Source: Camelus dromedarius
Lineage: Eukaryota
DNA length: 64,000 nucleotides
Reading direction: 5' to 3'
Assembly: GCF_036321535.1 (NCBI RefSeq)
Contig: NC_087458.1
Coordinates: 4,216,001-4,280,000, forward strand
Position 1 is the stretch's first letter. Each line of letters begins with the position of its first letter. A program made the position numbers and the translations under genes. Below the pieces are notes generated by a model. It was given only the letters and a program-made list of their open reading frames with translations. It had not been told where the DNA came from and did no database searches. Of the stretch, positions 11,380 to 38,345 are shown one piece after another.

Positions 11380-14300
11380 CTACAGGAGGACACAGTCGGA
11401 CTCTTGCTTCGGTCTTTGCCGACGCTCGGCGGCTGGGCGTCCAGATGTGGCTCCTCGCCCCTGGATCAGATTTAACAACTGGTCATCCCTCAACCATGGA
11501 AGAGCACACGGACAGAGATTCTAGGTGGAAGCAGGGTCAGGATTGGGAAGGGCAGTGCAGGGAGAAAGACAGGAAGGGGCCCAGGGGAGAGGGACCCAGG
11601 GGAGAGGGACAGACAGGAGAAGGGCCCCTGCCCTGAGGAACACTCTGCGGGGACGTTGGCAGGAATAAGTGTCTGGACCAGGCGAAGCAGGCGCAGCTCA
11701 CGGGAGATGCGGGAACGCTGGAGGGGCAGCGCTGAGGGCAGGGCGCAGCAGGCTCACCTGCGGCGGCGACGGGGCCCGTGCCGGTGCGGGCTGGACCGCT
11801 TGGTGCTGTTGGTACTCCTCTTGCTGAAGCTGCTGGGCCAGTTCCAAGTCACTAAGACCTAACGTGCCCTGCGGCTGCTGCTGCTGCTGCTGCAGGGACA
11901 AGGCGATCAGGTAGTCCTGGAGGGAGGGGAAAGGACAAGAGTCGGTGGAGGCACTGGCTGGGCAGGGGGATACACAGGCTAGGTTTAGGTTTCCAAACCA
12001 GCCGTTTCTCTTCCTTCAAATTCCCTAGCTCCTTCTCCTCCAGAGCAAAACTCACAGCCAAGTGTATTACCTGTGGTGTCAGAGAATACACACCAAGTGC
12101 AGAGACGTTCCAAAGGTAACAGAGAGGAGAAGGCCGAGTGTGTCATATGTTACAGCCTCTAGATGATAAGATGCAGGCAGCTGGCCTGTGGCAAAGAGCT
12201 CTCTGAGGCAAATGTGCCCTCTGCACCCTTCCCAGAGGCCCCACGCACCTGGTCCACCTGCCGCTGCTTCTCTGGGGAGCCGCTCGCACTTTCTGCGCCA
12301 GGCCCCTTGCCCAGGGAATGACTCAGGTGGAAGTCAGAGTCACAAAAGCAGCTGTCTCCATCCACGTTGTGCAGGCTCTCCCACACCACCTGCTCCTCCT
12401 GTAGAAAGCCCTGGTCAGTGACCAGTAGGTATAAGTGACTCTGCAAAGAAGAGGACAAAGTTAATTGGTCAGACAGATGACACGGAGGCAGCTGATGGCC
12501 AGAAATCATCTGAGATGCTCAGAAACTATTTGAATCAATCGGCGTGCCAACTGGAATATGTGAGCAAAGTGGATCTTTTATAAAAATGTGTGGCTGTGGG
12601 AAGAAGGCAGGGCTGTCTGAGGGCACGGCCACCTGGGTGTGTGGACGGCGGTCACTGTGGCCAAGCATGGAGTCCTCGGGGCTGGGTCCCACCCAAGATG
12701 CTGCTGCCTACCCTACCTCCCCTGGTCCTCTGGGCTCACCTGATGGCTATGAGGGTAAATCCTTCTACTCAGCTCAAGAGCTCAGACAATTTCTAACTTT
12801 GGAAAACTGTAGTATTGTTCAAAAACTCCACTGCCACTTCCTGGGAGAGGATTTTTCCTTTCCTGTCCCATTGACAGCAGGCTGACTCCTCAGGGCTCAC
12901 TCTGGCCAGGGAGGGGTTAGCAGGACTGATGTGTGTCATTTCCGGGCAGAAGCCCTAAAAGCAAGGGCCTGGTGTCCCTCTGTCTCTTTCAACTCCTCTA
13001 TTGCAGATAATGGCTGTCTTGTCAGCCTGGGTCCCAGAGTGATGATGTGGGACAGAGCTGCAGCCAGTCGGCAGTAGACAGGCAACATGAGTGAAAAACA
13101 AATCTTCGTGTGGTAAACCACAGAGATTTTAGGGGTCATTTGTCACCACAGCTTAATCTACCCTATCCTGATGGAAACACTGACCCGGAAGAAGAAGGCA
13201 GGAGGGAATGACAGCCCTGCAACCCCCACGCCTCCAAACCCTCATCACCTTGTGCTTAGTCATTGTGCTAAAGTGGTTGTTCCGGAAAAAGACGCTAAGT
13301 TCGCCCTCCTTGGCAGCCGCCGTCAGCTCACACAGACCATGGTAGGTCAGCTGTGCGGCCGTGGTCTCCAGGAACTGCTCTGCAATCAGGCCTGGCAGCA
13401 GGGCACAAGAAGGGGGAAGGTGGGGGGAGCTTAAAATCCAAAGTCCACAGTAGGAAGGACCATCCAGAGAGCCCCCACCAAAGCGCAAGGGGTCAGTTCC
13501 ACTTTGTGAGATCCCTTCCCTGAAGCCTGTACTCATTCATTCAGCAGATGCTAACTGAGCAGCTATTTTGCCGCCAGGCATCGTGTGAGGGACTGGGTGA
13601 TAAAACGATGAACTAAGCAGGCAACCCCCTAAACTCACTCTCATGGAGCTTCCATTCCAGTGTGACGTGGTGGGGGGGACAGTAAATGCTAAACCGAAGG
13701 GGCCATCATTCCCTCCACCGAAGACCCACAGAAGAGAAGGGAGGGATGGCACCTTCTGTCACCAGGCTGGTGTCGCTGGAGTGTTTGCAGGTGATGATCT
13801 TCTCCACCAGCTGGTTGTAGCTCAGTTTCCCAACTGCGCTCACAGCCTCAGGACTCTGCAGGGGCAGTGGGGTGAGGGTGAGATCTTTTTTAGGAAGGAA
13901 ATGAACCAAGTCCACAGGCACTGCAACCCTATGACCAAAGCTTCCTGAAACTTTCGACGTCGAAAAGAACTGACCTATTTGCCTGTGGTTTGCTTGCATT
14001 TGAATGTTTCTCCCACAAAAAAAGGTGAAAATTAAAGGAATTCTGCAGTGGACCCACCTTTTAAACCTTAATCCCCTCCCAAGGCAATCTACTCCCTGCC
14101 TCCCTCACCCCCAGCCCATAAAATTTTGTTTCTTTCTCAACTTGAGCTGGTTAAGAGTCTCATTTGGGCTCTCTCACTCTCACCTGTGGATCAACAAGCC
14201 AGCCATGGTACAGAGGTATGCCTAGTAGGTCAAAGATACTGCACTCGGGTGTGTACTCAAAATCAGAGACGCCTGTGAACCGCACATTGACATCCAGCCC

Positions 14301-16106
14301 TGTGGCCAGCTTAGGCAGCACTGTCATTGCATCGTCCACATTCTGGGATAGAAAACGATGGATAGAGCAAATCAACACGTCGTACATCTTAAGCTTACAC
14401 AGTGTTATATGTCAATTATATGGCAATAAAGCTGGGAAAAAAGAAAATGATGGCTATTCTAGCCTCTCTGCCCCCCACCCCACGCCACTCTCACCTCCAG
14501 AAAAGAAATCTAACCTTGTTGCTTTTCTTCCCCGGTTCCCTCACGAGCCACTTCATTCCTCCCTTGCATCAACCCTTCTTTATCTTATGTAAATAGACAT
14601 ACTGTCTAGGACAGAGGTACACCCTCCCCCTCCTGCAGAAAGAAATCACAGTTCAAGGAACCCTCTCGAGAAGCGTCAGAAAGGCCTCTCTAACAGCCCG
14701 CCTGTCCCCTTATAAACTTACAACCACTACGTCCACAGACCTTTCACCTCACCTGCTGGAAATTAAGCTGAAGTCCCTCTGACTTCTCCTGGGGTTTGAT
14801 GGACAGAAGGCAGTCTCCTGCAAGACAGGAATCCTTATCAACTTACCCCACCAATTGTCCCAAAAGCTGCTTCCTCTTCTCCTGGAGAGCAGGGATGTCA
14901 CAGAACCACAGATTTTCAGAGCTACAAAGGGCCTTAGAATCTAACACAGACCTTTCATTTCTCTGAGGAAGAAACAGGCTCACAAAGGTGAAGGGCCCAC
15001 CCAAGGTCACACGTGAAAGCCAAAGGGCAGAACTGGGGTTACGACTCAGGACTCCTGACACCTTCACTTTTGCTTTTCATCTCCCAGCCCTGCAGAGAAG
15101 CCCCGTAGACCTTTACCTTCCCTGCCACAAAAGAGCCCCGAACGGGGGGGTTCCCTCAATATTCTGGATTTCTGGCTGAGTGGATAGCACTGGAACCTTT
15201 TGGGTAAGTCCTCTTCAAGGCCCAGTCACTCACCAAGATGGGCCATGAGCTCATCTGATGTGATCACTTCCTTCTGAGGTGGCAGCTTCACCTGGGGGCA
15301 AGTAGTGATCAAAGTCAGCCAGGCGTGTGCTTTCCTTCACGCAGCACTGAAGGAGGAAACCTCAGAAAGGCAGGGGTGGGGGAGGGGGGCTGTCCAGCAG
15401 TGGGGGGTGGGGGTGGGGAAAAGGCCTTGGCAACTGGAACAAAGGACTGAATGTGAGATACTGCAAGGCATTCCCATTTGCTAGAGAGCAGAAGACACAG
15501 GAGCAGGACAGATAATTGTTTTGTTTTTACGAATATCTTATCTCATTTGTTCAAGCTGGAAGAGTAGGAAGGATAATCTGGAAAGTTTTGACAGGTTTGA
15601 GAAAATCAGAATGAGCAACATTTTCTGAGCCCCCCTTCCAAATTCTCTCTCACCTTCCACTGAAGAAGGAGGATGTTCATGATGGCGAGGAGAGGGCACG
15701 GGCCGTTAGCGCTCTGGGTGATGATGGGTGTCCGTTCTCCCTTCCAGGGGATCCACTTTACACAGTAGAAGTCTAGCTCAGGCTGTCGGGCTCTGGGGGA
15801 CTGGGGGAGCTCCTGCGGCCTGGAGCAGGCCCCCACCGTCTCTGCCTCGGGCTGCGTCCCCTGAGCTGGCCCCGGTTGGCTTGAGCTAGCGTCAGGTGAG
15901 AGGGGCTTGAGGTTATCCTGGCCCTGGGCCAGCGGCGAACTTTGCTCGGCCAGCTCCCGTTCTCCAGCTGCCCCATCAGCATCTTTGGCATCCCTGTCCT
16001 GAGGGTGCTCCTCTGCTTCTGACGGGACCTCGTGGTTCTCTGGGCTGACTGCGTCTGCAGTGCTGTCTTTAGTAGAGGCTGGATGCTCAGGCTGATGGTC
16101 TTCCAT
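11380..16106 (-). CDS. MINDY1: K48-specific deubiquitinase MINDY-1 (FAM63A), 9 coding exons, 470 aa
   Basis: Exons in transcript order: 16106-15654, 15291-15234, 14817-14753, 14342-14184, 13855-13753, 13391-13249, 12440-12249, 11916-11758, 11460-11380; total 1413 nt. The catalytic motifs TQSANGPCPLLA (Gln/Cys) and FFRNNHFS (His) are intact. Tandem MIU motifs (DYLIALSLQQ, SDLELAQQLQQEE) and a C-terminal CaaX (CVLL*) are present. Confidence 0.97.
11581..11610. repeat. Perfect 15-bp tandem duplication (CCAGGGGAGAGGGAC)2 in the last MINDY1 intron
   Basis: Read directly from the sequence. Confidence 0.9.
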
Positions 16107-17144
16107 GGTCAGCGGGGGGGGGGGGGCAGCTGAGGGGTCCCAGCGGGCTTTACTGTCCTCAGGGACTGACCTAATCCAGGCTCGATATGTGAAAGAGAGA
16201 ATGATCCAATAAGAAGGAAGTCATCAGGCCGGAAAGCAACTAGACCCAGAAAAGTCTTGGAAAACCGGTGTAGCGTGGAAGGCGTGGCTAGTGTCTGTTC
16301 AGTCCCTCTGGGCTCTGGGCAGTACAGCTCTCGGGTAAACAGAAAGGGCCCGGGCTGGGCTCTTTCACCCCTAACTTGCCGTGACCAGGTGGGACCAGCG
16401 CACGTGCAGGGCTTCCAGGCTCGGGAGGGATGGTTCCAGCGGGAGTGAAGACACTTGGTGGAGTCAGCTTCCCTGAAAGAGTAAGGACAAGGAAAGGAGG
16501 AAAGGCAGAGAGAAAGGAAGAGCAAAAGGAGAAAGAAGGAAAAGAGATGGAGAAAGAAATGTTACAACTAAACTAATGGTTACTAAGAGCACGCTCTTTA
16601 GCTCATCCTGTGGTTGGCCCGCCGCAGCCAGGACAAGAGTCATTCCTCTGTCCTAGCCTAGCCCCACCCCTTGGCTGTTCAGGGCTTGTACCTTTAGGGC
16701 TACCTTCTCTCTGCCTCACCCCAAGGGCAAAACGATAAACACCCATAGAGCGTTTGGGGTGAAGAATGAAACTGCAGAGAGCCAATATTATGAACCTAGA
16801 GGAGAAATACCAGTGAGAAAGCAGTCTTTCTCCACCAAGAACTCCACTGAACTTTACACAATCCCAAACCACAACAGAAGGATCCTAGGAGGGGCTTCCT
16901 GTAGGCTAGAGAGGGGAAGTGTGCGCCCTGGGGATCTGAATCATAGATTGGTTCCGATAAGTAACTTCAGATTAGAGGCACCAAAACCATCCCCGCCCCA
17001 AACTCTTCCAGGAAGCTTCCTTAGACAGCTGGAGCTGGGATAGCAACTTCTCCTCAGTTCCTCTTTGCTCCAAAAACTACCCAACCCAGAGATACCCTCT
17101 TGCCCACTACATGAAATATGAAAATGCTGATTAAAAAAAAAAAA

Positions 17145-17268
17145 CTTTTTTGAGGGAGGAGGTAATTAGGTTTGTTTATTTATTTATTTTAATGGAGGTA
17201 CTGGGGATTGAACCCAGGACCTTGTGCATGCTAAGCATGCGCTCTACCACTGAGCTATACCCTCCTCC
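17145..17268 (-). mobile_element. tRNA-Ala-derived SINE (camelid Vic-1-like)
   Basis: The reverse complement reads GAGGGTATAGCTCAGTGGTAGAGCGCATGCTTAGCATGCACAAGGTCCTGGGTTCAATCCCCAGTACCTCCA (17264-17193, with A and B boxes), followed by the tail (AAAT)n-AAACCTAATTACCTCC. A possible TSD CTGATTA lies at 17127 and 17272. Confidence 0.88.
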
Positions 17269-17308
17269 ACCCTGATTATTGATTTATGTAAAAAAGTGCT
17301 CCCTCTAC

Positions 17309-17786
17309 TGTTGTGGCCAGTCAGTAGGTAAGCCAGTGACACGTGGGTTGGTAAAGGAATCTACCAGAGATTAAGTATGGGAGTGGAAAGGAGTTTATTA
17401 GGGAACACTGCCATAGACCACAGTGGGCCACACAGATGAGAGGTGCCTGCTGAGCCCCGAGGGCCGGCTGTTGGGGGGTTTTATAAGGTCGGGTGGCAGG
17501 ATGCCTGATCGGCTTGCAGCCAAGTCTGATTGATTGTAGGTGAGGTAAGAGGTTTAGGGTCTGCGAAAGGCTGTGGGGTTTATGACTCTGATAAGGTGGA
17601 CTGAAGCAAGCTGGCCTGAGCTGTTGCGAGATTAGGCATTACCTAGGGTTATTAGTTTGCTAGGGGAAACAGGCCCAGTAAAGAATGTACTTTATCTGTT
17701 GACAGAGGGCAGGCAGACACCTGAGAGCCCAGGAGTGGGGGTCATTTGACTTTGAAGGACGTCAGTTGGCCCAGCATCTTTGTTCA
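17309..17786 (-). mobile_element. Solo ERV-type LTR, 478 bp
   Basis: TG...CA termini with a 5-bp TSD TCTAC (17304-17308 and 17787-17791). On the minus strand the order is CAATCAATC, TATA (CTTATAAAA, 17479-17487), AATAAA (17394-17399), and the end ...CACAACA. Confidence 0.8.
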
Positions 17787-17964
17787 TCTACCTGTGTGTA
17801 TGTTCTTCCTGTGTATTCCTACCTAGGTCATTTAAGATGTCAACACTGGACCTGTTTAACCTGCTCTCTGTCAGCACTAAGCGTAGATAGACATTTTATT
17901 AACACCATGGGCTGTTAAAGATATAAAGCCACAAACCCCCCTGAAAAACATCTCCCTGCAACCT

Positions 17965-17997
17965 CCTTGCTCCCCTCTCCACCTTGCTCCCCTCTCC
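17965..17997. repeat. 17-bp-period tandem repeat: CCTTGCTCCCCTCTCC twice
   Basis: Copies at 17965-17980 and 17982-17997. Confidence 0.9.
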
Positions 17998-18385
17998 CCC
18001 TTACTCAGGGTGAGAAAAGGGGAGAAATGAAACTTGTTAGAAATCATTTCTCTCGCTTCCTCTTAACCTGAGACTATGCGTCCTCTTGCAATCCAGCAGG
18101 AATTTAGGGCTAGGTAAAGCCTGTGGATGAAGTTGAGAAACACAGAAGCCACCGAAATAAGCCTAGTCACTCAAATCGATCATCCTCCTGATTCAAATAT
18201 AATTTATGCTAGCTGCATCTCATTTACATGTTGTTAATTTAGAATTAGTGTTAATTTCAAAAAGAAAAGAAAGAAAGAAAGAAACAGAATCAAAGCAGCA
18301 AAAATTGCCTGTAGGCCTTACAGGTTTTTTTTTTTTTCTCTCTCTCCTTTTTCCCCTCCCTTCCCAAATTACACTTAGAATGAGC

Positions 18386-18536
18386 CTGGGGTGGGAGGAT
18401 ATAGCTCAGTAGTGTGCTTGCTTAGCGTGCACGAGGTTCTGGGTTCAATCCCCAGTACCGCCATTAAATGAATAAATAAATAAAAATAAACCTAATTGCC
18501 TCCCCCTACCAAAAAATAAAAATGAAAAAATAAAAA
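18386..18536 (+). mobile_element. tRNA-Ala-derived SINE (Vic-1-like) with TSD
   Basis: GGGAGGATATAGCTCAGT...GGGTTCAATCCCCAGTACC followed by the same family tail and an A-rich end. TSD AGAATGAGC at 18377-18385 and 18537-18545. Confidence 0.9.
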
Positions 18537-21314
18537 AGAATGAGCTTCAGAAGCAGAAACCAGCGCCTGGGAAAATTTTTTTAAAAGCTTAGAGAAAAGC
18601 AGGGCTTATTTCTTATCTTTTCTGTCAATGCCAGAAATGATCAGTAATTAAGTGGGGGCTGGGCAGCTAGCTGGCTGGAGGGCTGAGCCAAGAGAGGCTG
18701 GACACAGGAGAGAGCTGGGCCTCAGACACTGGGCAAAGCTAAGGGGCTAAGGCTTCAGGAGAGGGGCAGGAGGCGCGGTGGAGGGCTCCCCCTCTACAAG
18801 GCGCTCACCAGATGGGGGTGCATGGAGGATCAGAGCAGGGGAGGGTGAAGGGAGTGTCCTAGTCAAACAAATCAGGATTTCATTCTTTTCCTCTTTTCTT
18901 AACTCAAGTTCTACATTTTCTCTCCGGCTGGAATTATCCTCTGGGGATGAGTGAGGGGGTTAAAACAGCCCCGGCCCCCTCCCCAGCCAGTGGCAGTAAA
19001 TCGCCAGAAGTTGGAAGAAGCGTATAAAACAGGTATGTAGCTTTAATGAGACGTCCCCTCCCGGCCCTTCTCCCCAGGAACTTTACTCTCCCCTCAAGTG
19101 CTTTGCTGTCCCACCTTAATCTCCTTCTCAGTCAGACCCAAGTCTGCTGTCTACTGGCCAGCAAGGGAGAGGGGGAAGGTGTCATTAAAAAGAGGAAATG
19201 TAGGGACCAAGCAGCACCTCCTTTACATTTTCCTCCTGCCTTAGTTCCCCTCGAAGTCCAGACTTGTAGAGACCCAAGGTGGAAGGACAAGTCCGTGTCA
19301 CCACCCCAGAGCTGGAGAGGAAGGGGAGAACTGGGGGTTAGGAGAAGAGGTGAAGGAAATGGTTAAAACAGTTTTTACCTTAAAGAAGTGGGTGCTGTTC
19401 CAGGACTTAGAAGGAGGGTTCAACTCTGGCCATACGATGGGGGAGGAGGGTACAGTGAGGGGCGCCGTCACAGTCGCAGCTGCCTCCCAGCTGTCAACAC
19501 CAGAGCTTATACGGGTTTATGAGCGGCGGTCCTGGCTGGATCGTGGCCACTTCCGGACTCACGCCCATGACCCGGGCACTGGAGGAAGGTGGAGGCGGGC
19601 AGGGGTGCTGCCAGGTGCTACCCGGTGGCTCAGAATGTCTTCAGGATTTCTGAGTCGCCGAGTCTAGGGCGTGCGCTCCAGGCCCTGTCCATAAGCTGGT
19701 TTTCAAAGGAAGTTTGTGGTTTTTCTTTTTTCTTCTTTCTCTCTCTCTCTCTTTTTCCCATCGGGACAAAGAAAAATCAGTCAAGGACAAGCTTCCTGGA
19801 GGAGGAGGAGCCTGCCCAGCACTGGAGGATTTCCATTAGGGCTTTCTGACCTGGTCAGCAGCTTGGTGATCAGCAAATGAGGGAAAGAAACAAGGAGAGA
19901 AAAACAACAGACCCTTTCTCTTGCCTTCGCCTGCCGCTGGAAGGGACGGAGCACTTGTGCCTCTCTGGTGAGAATAGGGAAGAGCAAGCGCCCTTGCTGA
20001 GGGGAGGAGCAGGGCTGGACAGCAGCAGCTTGTTGGAGCTGGGCTTTCTCCCTGGGTATGGCAGTGCTTTGCTCTGGATCCATAGAGGCAGGGCCAAAGA
20101 ACATGGTATTTGCATATTTACTCATTTAAAGTGAAAAAAAAAAATCCTGCTCCTTTCCAAGTCCTTATTATATCATGTTTTAAAATCTAGAAATGAAGCT
20201 CTTTGGGCTGTACCCTGGTAGTGCAGAAGGTGTGGAAGAAGCCCCAGGCTCTGGGAAGAGTGCAGCGGGGAGAAAACTAGCTGCAAGCCGGAGACCCAGC
20301 ACCCCTGTGCTCTGGTCCCTGTTCCCACCACAGGCCCCAGCTCTCATCTGTCATGTCCTCTCCATTCCTAGCGTGGGGAGCAGGAAAAGCTGATGGTAGG
20401 AAATAGAAGGATGCATTAAAAACGAGGGAACATTTGATGATGAGAGTACATTTATGTGCAATACTCTGCATTACTCTGGGGCTGGAAGGTGGCAGTTAAA
20501 GGAGGTTGGAACCCAACCCTACATTCTGAAAGGCCCTCCAATCTCTACTTACAGGGCTGCCGCAGGATGAAAACTTTAAGCAACTCTGAAAGCTGAAATG
20601 GGCAGTCGGAACAATTAAGGAGGCAGAGAGCAAAGAACCCGGGTTACAACAGTCTAGGAAAAGAATGAGGAGACATTTGCCGTCGCTATAAAAAAACAGG
20701 ATACAGAGTTGTGAAAGAAGAAAAAAAGAGAGGTCAGAGATTATTCTAAAGTTTTATAACACAGAAAATCACAAAATTGGTGGCAATGGGTCAGTTTGGT
20801 TAAGGGGAGCATTCGAGGAAGGAGGTTGAAGGGCTGTTCTTGCCCAGTGTAATTTAAGATGTCAACCTGATGGCTGGGGTAACATATGGACAGATGCTAC
20901 ATTTAGCCTGACTCGAGAGGGCGTGTTCAGATGCCACAAAGATAGGTTAGGTGACACCTGTACATTTGTGTGTCAGATAAGTGATCTCAGAAAATTCTCC
21001 TTCCCTCGGTTTTTCGGAGCTTCTGAACTACATTTCCCAGGATGCCCTACACCACGCCCCACTTCGCGCCTCCGGAATGGCGTCCCGTGAGTCCCAGGGC
21101 GCAGAGCTCGGCCTCCGCCGCTGGGGGAGGGGCGACGTCGGACTCCCGGGGCGCCCGATTACGCACTTCCTCCAGGGGTCAGGGCCGCATCGCGGTGTGG
21201 CGGGTTCGAGTCCCGCCTCCTGACTCTCGCCTCAAGCCCCTGAGTGCGGGGCGGGGCGCATTCTCCGGGTAACCTCTCCGCGAAGAGGGGCGGTGGCACG
21301 CTTTGGGCTTCACC

Positions 21315-36229
<14,915 letters not shown>

Positions 36230-38345
36230 CTGTTGGGAGGGGAGGGGAAAGTGAGAGAGGTTGCTTGAACCACCCTGAATGCATGTTTTGAGATGTTTCA
36301 GCAGTTCTGTCTTTATTGTTCCAGGACCTGGTGTACTGTTCTCAAACCTAGGAGGAGAAAGAAGTGAAAGAAAGCTGAGCTGGCTTTCTACCTTTTCCCC
36401 ACAATCTCTACCGAGCAGACAAATTTTATTATTTAACTTAACTCTTTAAATCTACACTGGCTCACCTCTATTTCATTTACCAGGGTCGTAATATAGGAAC
36501 ATACACAGTTCCAGAAAAGTAGCACAAAAAGAATGCGTACCCCAAAAGTGCCCGCAGGCAGGCTCTTTAACAGAACCAGTATTTTCCATTGGGACCAAAC
36601 GTTCATTTTCTCCATGTATTCATTTATTCTCTTATTAACTCAAGTATTTACTGAATACAGTACCCACTTTAGGTTTTGGAAATTCCTTTTCCAGTTTTCA
36701 GCCTTTTGCAGATTTCCAGCTCCACTTTCTGCCCCCAGTTAGGTGATGGTGTCTGATTCCCAGATGGCTAAATTTCTATTCTGAGTTTATTGTAACTTTT
36801 TCGGAATTGCTTGGGAGCAGACTGGAGACCTTTATCTTCCGTTCTGGTCGTGTGGCGTGGCTCTCAGTTTCTCTGGATCCCTCTGACCCAGAGCCACAGG
36901 GACCCTGAAGAGACCTAGAAAGACCCCTGGCTCTTGAGAGTCCAGGAGACACCCGGGAAAGCCTTAAGACCTCATAGGCACTCTTCCCAAAAGACAGCAG
37001 AACTACAGTGAGCACCCCGGCTCTGTCCCCTGCCTTAGCGGGTCTGTCGGTTTCGTATCCATTTAATTCTCTTTTTGCTAACAGTACAAGGGAACGTGGA
37101 GTTTCATACTGACTGCTGTAAACTGTGTGTCTTGCCAAGACACTCACTCCTCTAGGTCTCATTCCCCCATCTATAAAACTGAGGGTCTGGATTAGATGTT
37201 CCCTGATTTCTGTGATCTGCCTCTTGCCACTGTCCTTTCTCGCCTCTGCTTCTGTTTTTATTTTTGTTTTCCCTGGGAATGCTCAGGGTCACTGGATTGT
37301 CTGTTTATGTGTGATTGTACCAAGGTACTCAGCCTCATGTAGCATGTACAGGGGTATGATTCATACCATAGTGACAAGCAAAGGGCTCCCTCCCACTGAC
37401 CTGTTCTGCATGTGTAGAGTCTCCCTTTCTTCTTCAGACCAACCTGTTGCCCCTTTTCCTCCCCCTTAGCTCTATTCCCTGTAAGTTGTTGACAGTTTTG
37501 ATGAACAGTGGGGTATGTGATGGTTTTGGCATGATGTCTTCATATGAGGGGAACAGTCTGGCTTCACTTTGAGGGGATGATGTTTGTAGTCATTGGAAGG
37601 TAAAATAGTGGTGTGATTACTGAACCAAAGGAATTTATGTTTTGTAACTTGGGTACTTTATTTTGCATTTTGTTAAAATATTAAATACTTTTTTCCTGTT
37701 TGGAGTCTTATTGTCTCTTTTTACAACTAGGGTCAGGCCTTTCCCCTTGATAATTACTTTAACCTTCTCAAGATTCATTTCCCTTCTTTCTGCTAAACTT
37801 AATGTCTTCCTTCTATTGACTCTTTTTGGGAATAAGGAGCAACAATCTTCTATCTCCCCTCATCCTCAGTTTTTTCTTTGTTTCTTCTTCCAGAACCCTG
37901 CTTATGATATACTTCTGTGTCCTTGATTTTCCTTATGCTCAAGAAGTAGGCCCAAGATAGTCTTAAAATGGTTTCTACCATTGTCTCTCTCTCTCTTTTT
38001 TTTTTTTTTTTTAAAGCAGATTCCTTAAGGTTTTAAGGAATCTGGAAAATTGCCTTCCTAGACTCACCCAAGACTAGCCACTTTAGAAAATGCACTCTCC
38101 TCCCCAAAACCCGCCCCCACATAGGCAGGTTTTTTCTTTTGGGCAAACCTGCTTCTTGGGAAGGGAGGTGGCCAAACCTGTTTGAAGGGGAGGTTACCTC
38201 CTTTCCACATCTCCCTCCTCCTTGGAGGCAAGAGCAACAAACAGTTGAGACAGAGAAAAAGCGTTCAGAAGTGTTGGGGAGCTGGGATATCCAGCTCCCC
38301 GACAACTCTCAGTGTTTAAAGAAGGAGACAGGGAGACCTGCGAAG

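Noticed and set aside
17193-17264. Apparent tRNA-Ala(AGC) gene
   Set aside because: It carries the same non-tRNA tail as two other copies, has a mismatched acceptor stem start and lacks a Pol III T-run terminator right after the body. It is a SINE.
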